Assembly (NCBI GenBank): GCA_958449275.1
Contig: CAUDHE010000002.1
Location: 3,588 to 67,587, forward strand
Source: an uncultured Alistipes sp.
GTDB lineage: Bacteria > Bacteroidota > Bacteroidia > Bacteroidales > Rikenellaceae
Reading direction: 5' to 3'
DNA: 64,000 nucleotides
Shown here: in pieces, positions 37,545 to 46,426 of the stretch
Layout of the letters: each line of letters begins with the position of its first letter
How positions within the stretch are numbered: the stretch's first letter is position 1
The notes under the pieces: model-generated
Told to the model about the DNA's origin: nothing
What the model saw: the letters and a program-made list of their open reading frames with translations, nothing else
Database searches by the model: none
Program-made: the position numbers and the translations under genes

Positions 37545-39431
37545 TTAATAACCCGGGTTCTGAACCAGATTGGGGTTGATGTTGATCTGATCTTGCGGAA
37601 TGGCCAGCCAGTAGTTGCGCGGCGTCTCGAAAGTAATCACCTGAGCGCCCTCGTAAACGTCGGTCACCTTGTAGAACTCCTCGGCGGTCTGACCTGCGAG
37701 GTTCCAGCCCTGAGCCGACTTGCCCAGGTAGTCGCCCGCGATCTTCCAACGGCGCAGGTCGTGATACCAGCGGCCTTCGAACATGAACTCGATCATGCGC
37801 TCCTGACGGATGACCTTCACCAGTTCGTCGCCGCTCGGGATGCCGCCCACCTTGGCCCACGATGTCTCGAAGTTGGGCAGACCCGCACGGTTGCGTACCT
37901 TGTTGAGGTAGGCGAGTCCCTTTGCGCTGAGCGTACCCGTGTACTCGGCCTCGGCCTCGGCATAGTTGAGGTAAGGCTCGGCGAAACGGATGTAGGGATA
38001 AGAGAATTTGTTATAGGTGAACGATTTGCTCGAAACGGTATACGAATCGGCCTTCGAGATCCACTTCTTCACGTAATATCCCGTGCAGCTCTGATACTCG
38101 TTGGTGTTGTTGCCGTCGTTCTGCTGCTCCTCGCCGCGGCGACATTTCAGAATGATGGTTTTGCCGTTTATGTCGTACTCGCCGCGGTCGTAACCTATCG
38201 AGGCATAGAAACGGGGCTCGCGATTGTGGTGCAGCATGACGGTCTCGCCTGCCTCGTCGAGCCGGTAGAGATCGATATCCTTCGTTTCGGGATCGACGTC
38301 CATAGGCAGACCGTTCTTCGAGAGATAGATTTGGGCGGCTGCCAACGTCGGTACGAAATAGCCGCGGAATCCGTCCGCACTGTAAGACGAATAGCCTACG
38401 CGCGGAGCCATGTTCTTGGCATTGTAGCTGATTTGGCTCTGGTTATTGTACGAGAAGAGGTGCTCTTCGCTGTTGTAGAACTGCGACGAACCGTCATTGC
38501 CGATAAATGCGGCACGGTAGTTATTGTAACCTCTCTCGAACTCGTCGTCGCCCTTGTCGCTCAATTCGAAGAGCTTGAATCCGTCGGCTTCACCCTGCAC
38601 GATGGCCTCCTCGGCGGCGTCCATAGCCTTTTTCCACAGCTCCTTGTCGTAGGTCTGCGAAATGAGGTGCGTTCCGTCGGGGTTGGTGAAGTCGCCGTAC
38701 CATTCCGAGTTGCCGTTCATCTGGGGCGATGCCGCGAAGAGCCAGGCGCGGGCCTTAAGAGCCTTGGCCAAGGTCTTGGTGGCACGGCCGTAGTAGAGCG
38801 GATCCTGAACTTCGGGCAGATATTTGGCCGCCTCGTCGTACATGTCCGAAATGAACTGCGTGCACTCCAGATATGTCGATCGGGGAACGTTCAGATTCTC
38901 GTCCTGCGACAATTCGTGAGTGACCAGAATGATGGGACCGTAATACTCCAGCAGCGTCTGGTGAAGATATGCGATGGCCCAGTAAGCCTCGCCCTTCCAC
39001 ATGTTTTTCTCCTCGTCGGTGGCATCGGGCACCTTGTCGGCGTTGGCGATCAGGTTGTAGGCGTTGCGGATGCCCTCCCACATGCGGTAGTCGGTCAGCG
39101 CGCCTGCGGGATACGAAGTCGCGCCCTGCGACCACATGGCCACGTAGGTGTTCGAAGGGCTCTCGTAATTGTTATATACCAAGCTCTTCCATTTGAAATA
39201 ACGGACCGAGCCGAAGAATCCCGACATCATGTCGCCGTTGCATATCTCGAGCGACGACTGGAAATAATAGCGGTTGGGCATGTACCAGTAGAGCGAACAA
39301 GCGAATTTGTCCGTCTGTATGTGGGTCTTGTAGAGGTCGTCGATGGTCGCCTTACCCTCGGGAATCACGTCGAGGAAGTTGCACGAGACGAGGCTCAACG
39401 ACAACGCTAACGATATAAATATTTTTTTCAT
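37545..39431 (-). CDS. SusD/RagB-family nutrient-binding outer-membrane lipoprotein
   Basis: Lipoprotein signal MKKIFISLALSLSLVSC, 628 aa, placed 13 nt downstream of a SusC-like gene. Confidence 0.9.
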   Translation of the reverse strand: MKKIFISLALSLSLVSCNFLDVIPEGKATIDDLYKTHIQTDKFACSLYWYMPNRYYFQSSLEICNGDMMSGFFGSVRYFKWKSLVYNNYESPSNTYVAMWSQGATSYPAGALTDYRMWEGIRNAYNLIANADKVPDATDEEKNMWKGEAYWAIAYLHQTLLEYYGPIILVTHELSQDENLNVPRSTYLECTQFISDMYDEAAKYLPEVQDPLYYGRATKTLAKALKARAWLFAASPQMNGNSEWYGDFTNPDGTHLISQTYDKELWKKAMDAAEEAIVQGEADGFKLFELSDKGDDEFERGYNNYRAAFIGNDGSSQFYNSEEHLFSYNNQSQISYNAKNMAPRVGYSSYSADGFRGYFVPTLAAAQIYLSKNGLPMDVDPETKDIDLYRLDEAGETVMLHHNREPRFYASIGYDRGEYDINGKTIILKCRRGEEQQNDGNNTNEYQSCTGYYVKKWISKADSYTVSSKSFTYNKFSYPYIRFAEPYLNYAEAEAEYTGTLSAKGLAYLNKVRNRAGLPNFETSWAKVGGIPSGDELVKVIRQERMIEFMFEGRWYHDLRRWKIAGDYLGKSAQGWNLAGQTAEEFYKVTDVYEGAQVITFETPRNYWLAIPQDQININPNLVQNPGY

Positions 39432-39444
39432 TGTTCCGTTTCGA

Positions 39445-42400
39445 TTAGAAGTGATACTGAAGACCTATCTTGACCGTGCGCTGGAGCGGGTACGAGAGAC
39501 CGTTGCCGTTGCCCTTTTCGGGATCCCAGCAATCGAACGGCGAGATGGTGAAGAGGTTGCTGCCGGCGGCATAGATGCGGAAATTCCGTATCGACCAGCC
39601 CAGCTCGATGCTCTTCAGACGCAGGTAGTTCGACTTGCGCAGATAGTAGGTCGAGGCCTGAGTGTTGTTGTCGCTCGTGATCGAGGTCAGACGCGGATAC
39701 TCGGCATCGGCGCGGTTGTTGTCCCACGACCAGTGGTTGTCGGCGATGTACTGCGTGATACCGAATCCCGAGTTCGACGAAGTGGCGAACGGATGGTGGT
39801 TGTACATGCGCAACTGCACGTTGCCCGTACCTTGGAACATGAACGAGAAATCCCACGCCTTGTATTTCACGTTACCGCCGAAACCGTACTGTATCTCGGG
39901 AATGTAGGGCGTGTCGTCCCACACGTAGTCGTTGGCGTCGATCACATTGTCGCCGTTGATATCCTTGTATTTGATATCGCCCACCGAGTAGGTGCCGAAG
40001 CGCTGTTCGGGGCTTGAGTCGATCTCCTCCTGCGAAGTGAACAGTCCCTCGGCCACGAGTACGTTGTGAGCCTGCATGGGATGGCCGATCTTCGAGAGGT
40101 GCTTGTTCTTCTCGGGATACTCGGGCTCGTCCATGGCCTTCACCTCGTTGTGGGCGTAGGTGAACGTTCCGCGGACTCCTACGGTGAGATTCTCGTTTAC
40201 CACCTTGTTATAGCTTGCCGAGATGTCGACTCCTCGGTTATCGACCTCGCCGAGGTTGGCATAAGGCACTGTGGCACCCATACCTGCCGTGGCCGAGAGC
40301 GAATTGCGCTGCATGAAGATGTTGTAGCGGTGCTCGGTGAAGTAGTCCACGGCCAGAGTGAGCGAGTGGAACAGCTCCAGGTCGACACCCACATTCATCT
40401 TGTTGGCGATCTCCCAGGTGGCATCGGCATTACCGTAGGTGCTGATGTAACCCGCACCCTTGAAAGCGAAGTTGTTGCCGAAGTAGTAGCCGCGGTTGCC
40501 CATGTTCACGGAGGTGAGGTAGGGGAAACGGATACTCAGGGCGTCGTTACCCACCTGACCGTACGATCCGCGCAATTTGAGGTTGCTCACCACCTCTTTC
40601 AGCGGCGCGAAGAACTTCTCGTTCGAGATGTTCCAACCCAAAGCCGCCGAGGGGAAGAATCCGAAGCGCTTGCCCGAAGCGAAGTTCTCCGAACCGTTGT
40701 AACCGAAGTTGCCCTCGATGTAGTAGCGGCGATCGTAGTTGTAGGTGACGCGGCCCGCCAGACCCTGCTCGCGGAATGGCAGCAACTGCTCCTCCGACGA
40801 TCCGGTGGCGTTGTTCACCTTCTCCTTCATGTGGTATACGAAGTCGGCGCCCACGTCGTGCTTGCCGAATTTGCGCGAATACTTCACCGAAGCCTGCAAC
40901 GACCACTCGTGATAGCCGCTGTGACCCACGCTGCTGGTGAGGTAGGTGTTACCCTCGGTGCCGATGGTCGACGACGTGTAGTTGAAAGTGCCGTCGTCGT
41001 TCATCACCCAGTCGTCGTCCACACGGAAATAGTAGGGTGTCATGTAACGGTTGGTCGCTGCGTAAGAGTAGTTGTAGAACGACACCAGCGCATTGGCCGA
41101 CAGACCCTTGGTAACCATGTCGAGATTCTGATCCACGGTGAATGCCGCGGTCATGTACGAGTAGAAACGCTTCTTGTAACCTGCACTCATGCGGGCATAG
41201 GGGTTCAGCTCGGTCGAACCCGTATCCCACGAGTTGTTGTTACCGTAACGCACGAACGTGTCGCCGTCCTCGGCCGGCAGCACCGCGGGGAAACGCGCGG
41301 GGTTGGCACGCATCACCCAATAGAACAGGTCGCTGGTCGACTCGTAGGGAGTGTTGTTGTATTGCAGCTGAGTGTTGAGTTTGAGCGAAACCTTGGTCGT
41401 CTTGGTCATCATGGCCGACACGTTGCTCTGGAACAGATACTTCTGGTTGTTCATCGTAATGTCGAGCGGAGTCTCCTTCGGCTTCTTCAGAATACCGTTC
41501 TCGTTGAAAATCGAGGCGTTGAGGAAGTAGTTCACTCGCTGACCGCCGCCACGCATCGAGACGTTGAAACGCTGGTTGACGGCGAAGTTCTTGAACAACA
41601 TGCTGTACCAGTCGTTGTCGGGGAATACGTAAGGGTTCAGATGAGCGCGCGTGCCCTCGATCTTCTCCGACGAATAGAACGGCACGTACTGCGTGCCGGT
41701 GGCGCGCGCCTCGTTATACTTGGCCTCGTTGAAAAGCTCCATGTAGGTCACCGCGTCGGCCACGTCCTGCACCTTGGTAGGCATCGAGAATGTGTTGTCG
41801 ACGCTTACGTTCACCGACAGCTTCTCCGAGTTGCGGCCCTCCTTGGTAGTGATGATTATGACGCCGTTTGCTCCGCGCGAACCGTACAATGCGGTGGCGG
41901 TGGCATCCTTCAGCACCGAGAACGACTCGATAGATTCGGGCGGGATGTTGCCCAACATGGTAGAGGTGATCTCCACGCCGTCGAGCACCAGCAAGGCGCC
42001 CGTGTTCGATCCGAAGGTCGAGATACCGCGCACATAGAAATTGGCGCTGTCGTAACCCGGTTCGCCCGAGCTTTGAGTGGCGATCACGCCCGCGATGTTA
42101 CCCGCGAAACCCGTGGTGAGGTTACTCGAGGTCACCACCAGTTCGCTCGGTTTCACCGACTGCACGGCACCCACCAGCGACTCCTTCTTCTGGGTACCGA
42201 ATCCCACCACGACCACTTCGTCGATCTTGGTCTGCTGCTCGATCATGGTCACCAGCGTGAACAGATAGGGATCGCCCACCGAGATCTCCTTGGGATCGTA
42301 ACCTATCATTTCGAAAACTATGGTCTTGGCATCGGCGGGCACCTTGATCGAATATGCTCCGTTCACGTCCGATGAAACGCCGACTGCGGGATTCTCCTTC

Positions 42401-42654
42401 ACATAGACCGAAACGCCGACCAACGGTTTGTTGTCGCTCGATCCGATGATGAGACCCTTCAGAACCCCTTTTTCGTTTCGGTCCTGCGGCTCTGCGACAG
42501 TCGCCGATTTCGACGGCTTCGCGGTCCGATCCTTCGCTTCGGCGGCAAATGCCGTGCGAGCACCTGCCCCGACCAGAATGCTCGCGCCCAGCATCAGCGC
42601 CGCAAGGCGCCGAACCGAAAAACGAGACACTCGTTCAAAGAAAAAATTCCTCAT
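39445..42654 (-). CDS. SusC/RagA-family TonB-dependent outer-membrane transporter
   Basis: 1069 aa. CarboxypepD_reg-like LKGLIIGSSDNKPLVGVSVYV, plug motif LVLDGVEI...YGSRGANGVIIITTK, C-terminal ...GLQYHF. No STN/anti-sigma signalling domain. Confidence 0.93.
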   Translation of the reverse strand: MRNFFFERVSRFSVRRLAALMLGASILVGAGARTAFAAEAKDRTAKPSKSATVAEPQDRNEKGVLKGLIIGSSDNKPLVGVSVYVKENPAVGVSSDVNGAYSIKVPADAKTIVFEMIGYDPKEISVGDPYLFTLVTMIEQQTKIDEVVVVGFGTQKKESLVGAVQSVKPSELVVTSSNLTTGFAGNIAGVIATQSSGEPGYDSANFYVRGISTFGSNTGALLVLDGVEITSTMLGNIPPESIESFSVLKDATATALYGSRGANGVIIITTKEGRNSEKLSVNVSVDNTFSMPTKVQDVADAVTYMELFNEAKYNEARATGTQYVPFYSSEKIEGTRAHLNPYVFPDNDWYSMLFKNFAVNQRFNVSMRGGGQRVNYFLNASIFNENGILKKPKETPLDITMNNQKYLFQSNVSAMMTKTTKVSLKLNTQLQYNNTPYESTSDLFYWVMRANPARFPAVLPAEDGDTFVRYGNNNSWDTGSTELNPYARMSAGYKKRFYSYMTAAFTVDQNLDMVTKGLSANALVSFYNYSYAATNRYMTPYYFRVDDDWVMNDDGTFNYTSSTIGTEGNTYLTSSVGHSGYHEWSLQASVKYSRKFGKHDVGADFVYHMKEKVNNATGSSEEQLLPFREQGLAGRVTYNYDRRYYIEGNFGYNGSENFASGKRFGFFPSAALGWNISNEKFFAPLKEVVSNLKLRGSYGQVGNDALSIRFPYLTSVNMGNRGYYFGNNFAFKGAGYISTYGNADATWEIANKMNVGVDLELFHSLTLAVDYFTEHRYNIFMQRNSLSATAGMGATVPYANLGEVDNRGVDISASYNKVVNENLTVGVRGTFTYAHNEVKAMDEPEYPEKNKHLSKIGHPMQAHNVLVAEGLFTSQEEIDSSPEQRFGTYSVGDIKYKDINGDNVIDANDYVWDDTPYIPEIQYGFGGNVKYKAWDFSFMFQGTGNVQLRMYNHHPFATSSNSGFGITQYIADNHWSWDNNRADAEYPRLTSITSDNNTQASTYYLRKSNYLRLKSIELGWSIRNFRIYAAGSNLFTISPFDCWDPEKGNGNGLSYPLQRTVKIGLQYHF

Positions 42655-42843
42655 AGGTTGAATGTTGATAATGATTAATAAATGTTATGTCGTTTTCCGT
42701 TCGCACCCGTGCCGATCGCGGCCGATACCGCGAGGATGCGACGCAGCGTGCGATGTCCCGTCGGGGGACGCCGCGCCGATGTCACGATACGTATCGGTAT
42801 CGCCTGACGGAGCAAGAGTGTTTTCGTTAATGATTTTTCCCGT

Positions 42844-42853
42844 GGGGGGGGGG
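42844..42853. repeat. G10 homopolymer (C10 in the susC leader RNA)
   Basis: gggggggggg read directly, 190 nt upstream of the susC ATG. Confidence 0.95.
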
Positions 42854-43029
42854 TACGACGCTACGCACCCTTTCGCAGAGAGATTTGTCGCCGCATGTCG
42901 CCTTCGGAACGACGGCAGTGCGAATGTCACGGGCAGTAGTCATACGGTACTTCACAGTTTTGGCGATCGCAACTCGGTCGATCATCGTCGCGGCGACGCG
43001 CATCGAACAATCGATCACCGTTTTAATGG

Positions 43030-43051
43030 TTGCAATACTGTTGTATTGCAA
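43030..43051. promoter_or_regulatory. Operator-like palindrome TTGCAATAC-TGTT-GTATTGCAA
   Basis: Perfect 9-bp arms with a 4-bp spacer, about 25-50 nt downstream of the predicted susC -7 box. Confidence 0.5.
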
Positions 43052-43074
43052 AAGGTCGGGCTTTCAATTCGAAA

Positions 43075-43106
43075 CAAAATTATGTATATTTCAAAATATA
43101 TCCAAA
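43075..43106 (-). promoter_or_regulatory. Predicted susC promoter (-7 TAATTTTG, -33 TTTG)
   Basis: Plus-strand CAAAATTA at 43075-43082 and CAAA at 43103-43106, 20-nt spacer. Sits in an AT-rich island. Confidence 0.5.
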
Positions 43107-43370
43107 TATTTTATCGAAAAAATTCCACGCGGCTTAAAAAACGCGCAATGCCACAAAAATCAAGCAGATATTAAAAAAAATTCATAACAAAAACGGGCCG
43201 GGGACAAGGTTCGGGAGGGATCGTCCGTCCGACACGCTCCATACGCTCTCGCGAGCGAATCCCGTCCGCGCCCGACGGCGGCAGATCGCAACGCGACTTT
43301 TACGCTTTTCGAAACACAAACGCCGTACGGACGATATCTGCAGAGCGTCTTCGATAAGCCCGTTAACAAG

Positions 43371-43412
43371 CCATCGATAAGACTGCCGTGACATCGGCAG
43401 TCTTATCGATGG
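43371..43412 (-). terminator. Perfect 18-bp inverted repeat after the EEP gene (strong hairpin, no U-tract)
   Basis: ccatcgataagactgccg-tgacat-cggcagtcttatcgatgg, 20 nt after the stop at 43432. Confidence 0.6.
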
Positions 43413-43431
43413 TTATGCGGCCCGAATGCGG

Positions 43432-44277
43432 TTAGATCTCCGCCGTCAGAACCACGGGATAGTGATCCGAAATGTAGGGTGCGCCGTAATTCTTGTCGCA
43501 CAGTACGGCGAACGACTGCGCATCGGCATTGCGGAAGAATATGTGGTCGATCACCACGTCGTTCGCGCGTCCCCAGTCGTTGAACGTACCTCGGGGATCG
43601 CTCTGCGGGGCTTCGGCGCGGGCGTCGCGCATGACGGCCTTGAGCGGTTCGAAGATCGGCTCGTCGGTGGTGGAGTTGAAATCGGCCGTCAGAAAGAGCG
43701 GCATGCCCTCGGGAACCGATTCGCCCATACGCTTCACGATGAGTTTCAACGCTTCGGCGCGGGCCGTGGGGCCCACGTGGTCGAGATGGGTGTTGAAATA
43801 GGCGAACTCCTTGCCCGAATCTTTCATGCGCATCAAGGCCCATGTGCAGGTACGCTTGCATGCGCCGTCCCAGCCCTTCGACACCTCGTCGGGGGTCTCC
43901 GAAAGCCAGAAAGTGCCGCCGTCGAGCAGTTCCACGCGATCGGTGCGATAGTATATGGCCATTATCTCGCCCTCGGCTTTGCCGTCCTCGCGACCCACGC
44001 CTATGTGCTTGTAGTGAGGCAGATGCTCGTCGAGAAAGGCTATCTGGTCGGGACACCCTTCCTGAATGCCCATCACGTCGGGCTGTTCGTCGTTGACCAT
44101 GTTGATCGAAGCCTGCTTGCGGTTACTCCAATAATTGTCGCCGTCGGCCGCGGGAGATCCGCTCATGCGAATGTTGTAAGAGATGACCTTGATCGGGCTG
44201 TCCGCGCCTTTTTCCGTGCAACCGATCGCGGCGCACGCAATGGCGGCGCAGATCGAAAAGAGTAGAAGTTTCTTCAT
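43432..44277 (-). CDS. Endonuclease/exonuclease/phosphatase (EEP) family lipoprotein
   Basis: Lipoprotein signal MKKLLLFSICAAIACAAIGC. VISYNIR, GIQEG, C-terminal SDHYPV. Confidence 0.88.
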   Translation of the reverse strand: MKKLLLFSICAAIACAAIGCTEKGADSPIKVISYNIRMSGSPAADGDNYWSNRKQASINMVNDEQPDVMGIQEGCPDQIAFLDEHLPHYKHIGVGREDGKAEGEIMAIYYRTDRVELLDGGTFWLSETPDEVSKGWDGACKRTCTWALMRMKDSGKEFAYFNTHLDHVGPTARAEALKLIVKRMGESVPEGMPLFLTADFNSTTDEPIFEPLKAVMRDARAEAPQSDPRGTFNDWGRANDVVIDHIFFRNADAQSFAVLCDKNYGAPYISDHYPVVLTAEI

Positions 44278-44289
44278 ATGGATTATGTT

Positions 44290-44904
44290 TTATTTGTATC
44301 CGTTGCTTATCAGCGTCAGGAATTCCTCGCGCGTGCGCGTGTCTTTAAGAAATACGCCCGTGAAGGCCGAGGTCGTAGTGGCCGACCCCAATTTCTCGAC
44401 GCCGCGCATCTGCATGCACATGTGGCTCGCCTCTATGACCACCGCCACGCCTATGGGGTCGAGGGCCTGCTGTATGCAGTCGCGGATCTGCACCGTCAGA
44501 CGCTCCTGCACCTGCAAACGGCGGGCGTAACACTCCACCACGCGTGCGATCTTCGAGAGCCCCGTGATGCGGCCGTTCGGAATGTAGGCCACGTGCGCCT
44601 TGCCGACGAACGGCATCATGTGGTGCTCGCACATCGAGAAGAGTTCGATGTTCTTCACCAGAACCATCTGCTTGTACTCCTCGCGGAATATGGCCGAATT
44701 GATTATCTGCACGGGGTCCTCGGCATAACCCTTGGTGACGAACGACATGGCTTTCGCCACGCGTTCGGGGGTCTTGACCAACCCTTCGCGCTCGGGATCC
44801 TCGCCCAAAAGCGTCAGGATCTCGCGATAGTGATATGCGAGGCGTTCGATACGATCGCCGTCGTAACTCTCCTCGCGTCGGTAATTTGCGTTCTGTTCCG
44901 TCAT
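44290..44904 (-). CDS. folE: GTP cyclohydrolase I
   Basis: [39 protein letters not shown]. Confidence 0.95.
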   Translation of the reverse strand: MTEQNANYRREESYDGDRIERLAYHYREILTLLGEDPEREGLVKTPERVAKAMSFVTKGYAEDPVQIINSAIFREEYKQMVLVKNIELFSMCEHHMMPFVGKAHVAYIPNGRITGLSKIARVVECYARRLQVQERLTVQIRDCIQQALDPIGVAVVIEASHMCMQMRGVEKLGSATTTSAFTGVFLKDTRTREEFLTLISNGYK

Positions 44905-45088
44905 AATGCGACAAAGTTAGCGCGTGTCGAGCGAAAATGCAACTCCGCGGGCCGCTTGTTGCTGTCACGACACGATATATTCGTTTCCGCACGCGGCGAT
45001 ATGCGAAATACGCGAATCGACAAACACCGTAAAAAATCCCGCCTCGCGTTCGGCAGGGCGGGATTCGATTTTCGGCATCGGACCGACG

Positions 45089-46402
45089 CTATTGGCGTAT
45101 CCACGAAAGCAGCTCCTTGAACGACGGTTTTTTACCGTGCATGAAGATGCCCACACGGTATATCTTTCCCGCGGCCCACGCCATGCCCGCCACCGAGGTG
45201 TAGAGCAGCACGAGCGACAGCACTATCTGCCATGCCGCGATATCGAACGGTATGCGTGCCATCATCACCACGGGCGATGTGAACGGAATCATCGAGGCCC
45301 ACACGGCCAGCGACGAGTTGGGATCGTTGAATACCGACATGGCCAGTATGATGGCCAGAATTATGGGAATGGTTACGGGCGTCTGCAACTGCTGGGCATC
45401 CTGAATCGAGTCGACGCTCGAACCCACGGCGGCGAACATGGCCGAATAGAACAGGAATCCGCCCACGAGGAACAGCAGCAGCCAAACGAACATCATCACT
45501 ATGCGCACGGGGTCGGTGGCCAGCGACACGGCCGACAGTATGTCGGAGTCCATACCGGCCTCGGCCGAGGTGATGGCGCCGCTCTGCACGGCCTCGACGC
45601 TCTGCATCACATCGTCGGGCATGACGGCGGGCAGCACCACGGCGCCCACGCCGCACACCAGCACGGCCCAGATGGCGATCTGTGCCACGGCCACCGACGC
45701 CACGCCGAGTATCTTGCCCATCATGAGCTGGAACGGCGGCACGCTCGACACCAGCACGTCGAGCACGCGGCTGCCCTTCTCCTCTATCACCGAAGTCATG
45801 ACCATCGAACCGTAGATGATAAGGAACATGTAGAGCATCATGCCCAGCACGATTCCCATCATGTAGGCTGCGCCCGACGAGGTGGCCTCCTTCTCTTCGC
45901 CGTCGGCCGCCAGATCGTTGCGATAGGTGGTGAGTGTCACCGAAGCCTTCACGTCTTTCATTATCTGCTCCAGATTGTCGATGTCGTAACGCTTCAGACG
46001 CTCGCGCTCGATGATCTTCTCCATCTGCGACGAGATGGAACTCTCGAGCGACATGGACGACGACGAATTGGTGTAGAGTTTGACGTTCGACGGATTGTCG
46101 ACAATGTCGTCGCCTATCCACAGCACGCCGAAACGGTCGGTGCGGCTGCGGGCCTCCTCGGTCGTGAGGTCCGACGTCTCGAACACCACATCGTCGTCGC
46201 CCGTGAGCTGCGGCGCCACTATCCCGCTTCGGTCGATCACCAGCAGTGTCTTGGTCTCGCCCTTGGCGAAGATCATCATCAAGGTGGGGGCCGCCATCAT
46301 GGCTATCATGAGTACCGGCATTAGTATGGTGGTGATGATGAACGACTTCTTGCGTACTCGCTCGTTGAATTCGCGAGCTATGATTATGTTTATCTTATTC
46401 AT
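45089..46402 (-). CDS. ABC-2 type transporter permease (NatB-like)
   Basis: 437 aa. N-terminal TM helix, large loop, C-terminal TM bundle. Follows an ABC ATPase gene. Confidence 0.85.
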   Translation of the reverse strand: MNKINIIIAREFNERVRKKSFIITTILMPVLMIAMMAAPTLMMIFAKGETKTLLVIDRSGIVAPQLTGDDDVVFETSDLTTEEARSRTDRFGVLWIGDDIVDNPSNVKLYTNSSSSMSLESSISSQMEKIIERERLKRYDIDNLEQIMKDVKASVTLTTYRNDLAADGEEKEATSSGAAYMMGIVLGMMLYMFLIIYGSMVMTSVIEEKGSRVLDVLVSSVPPFQLMMGKILGVASVAVAQIAIWAVLVCGVGAVVLPAVMPDDVMQSVEAVQSGAITSAEAGMDSDILSAVSLATDPVRIVMMFVWLLLFLVGGFLFYSAMFAAVGSSVDSIQDAQQLQTPVTIPIILAIILAMSVFNDPNSSLAVWASMIPFTSPVVMMARIPFDIAAWQIVLSLVLLYTSVAGMAWAAGKIYRVGIFMHGKKPSFKELLSWIRQ

Positions 46403-46426
46403 ATTTTCGGGTGATTACATAGTTAA

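Noticed and set aside
37509-42375. Plus-strand ORFs 37509-39410 (633 aa) and 40066-42375 (769 aa), antisense to susD and susC
   Set aside because: Mirror ORFs of clearly identifiable SusD/SusC genes, with low-complexity V/H/G/R/L composition.
42655-43082. Possible cobalamin or TPP riboswitch in the susC leader
   Set aside because: I could not find the B12-box or ACTGT-type core, nor the TPP CUGAGA/ACCUGAUCUGGAUAAUGCCAGCG elements, on the transcribed strand. There is only a weak resemblance (cGTCAGGcGAtaCC). Left as an unexplained structured leader pending an Rfam scan.
44912-44919. -7 box-like TAACTTTG (plus-strand CAAAGTTA) just upstream of folE
   Set aside because: It ends 8 nt from the folE ATG and would imply an essentially leaderless mRNA. 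This is too uncertain to call as a promoter.
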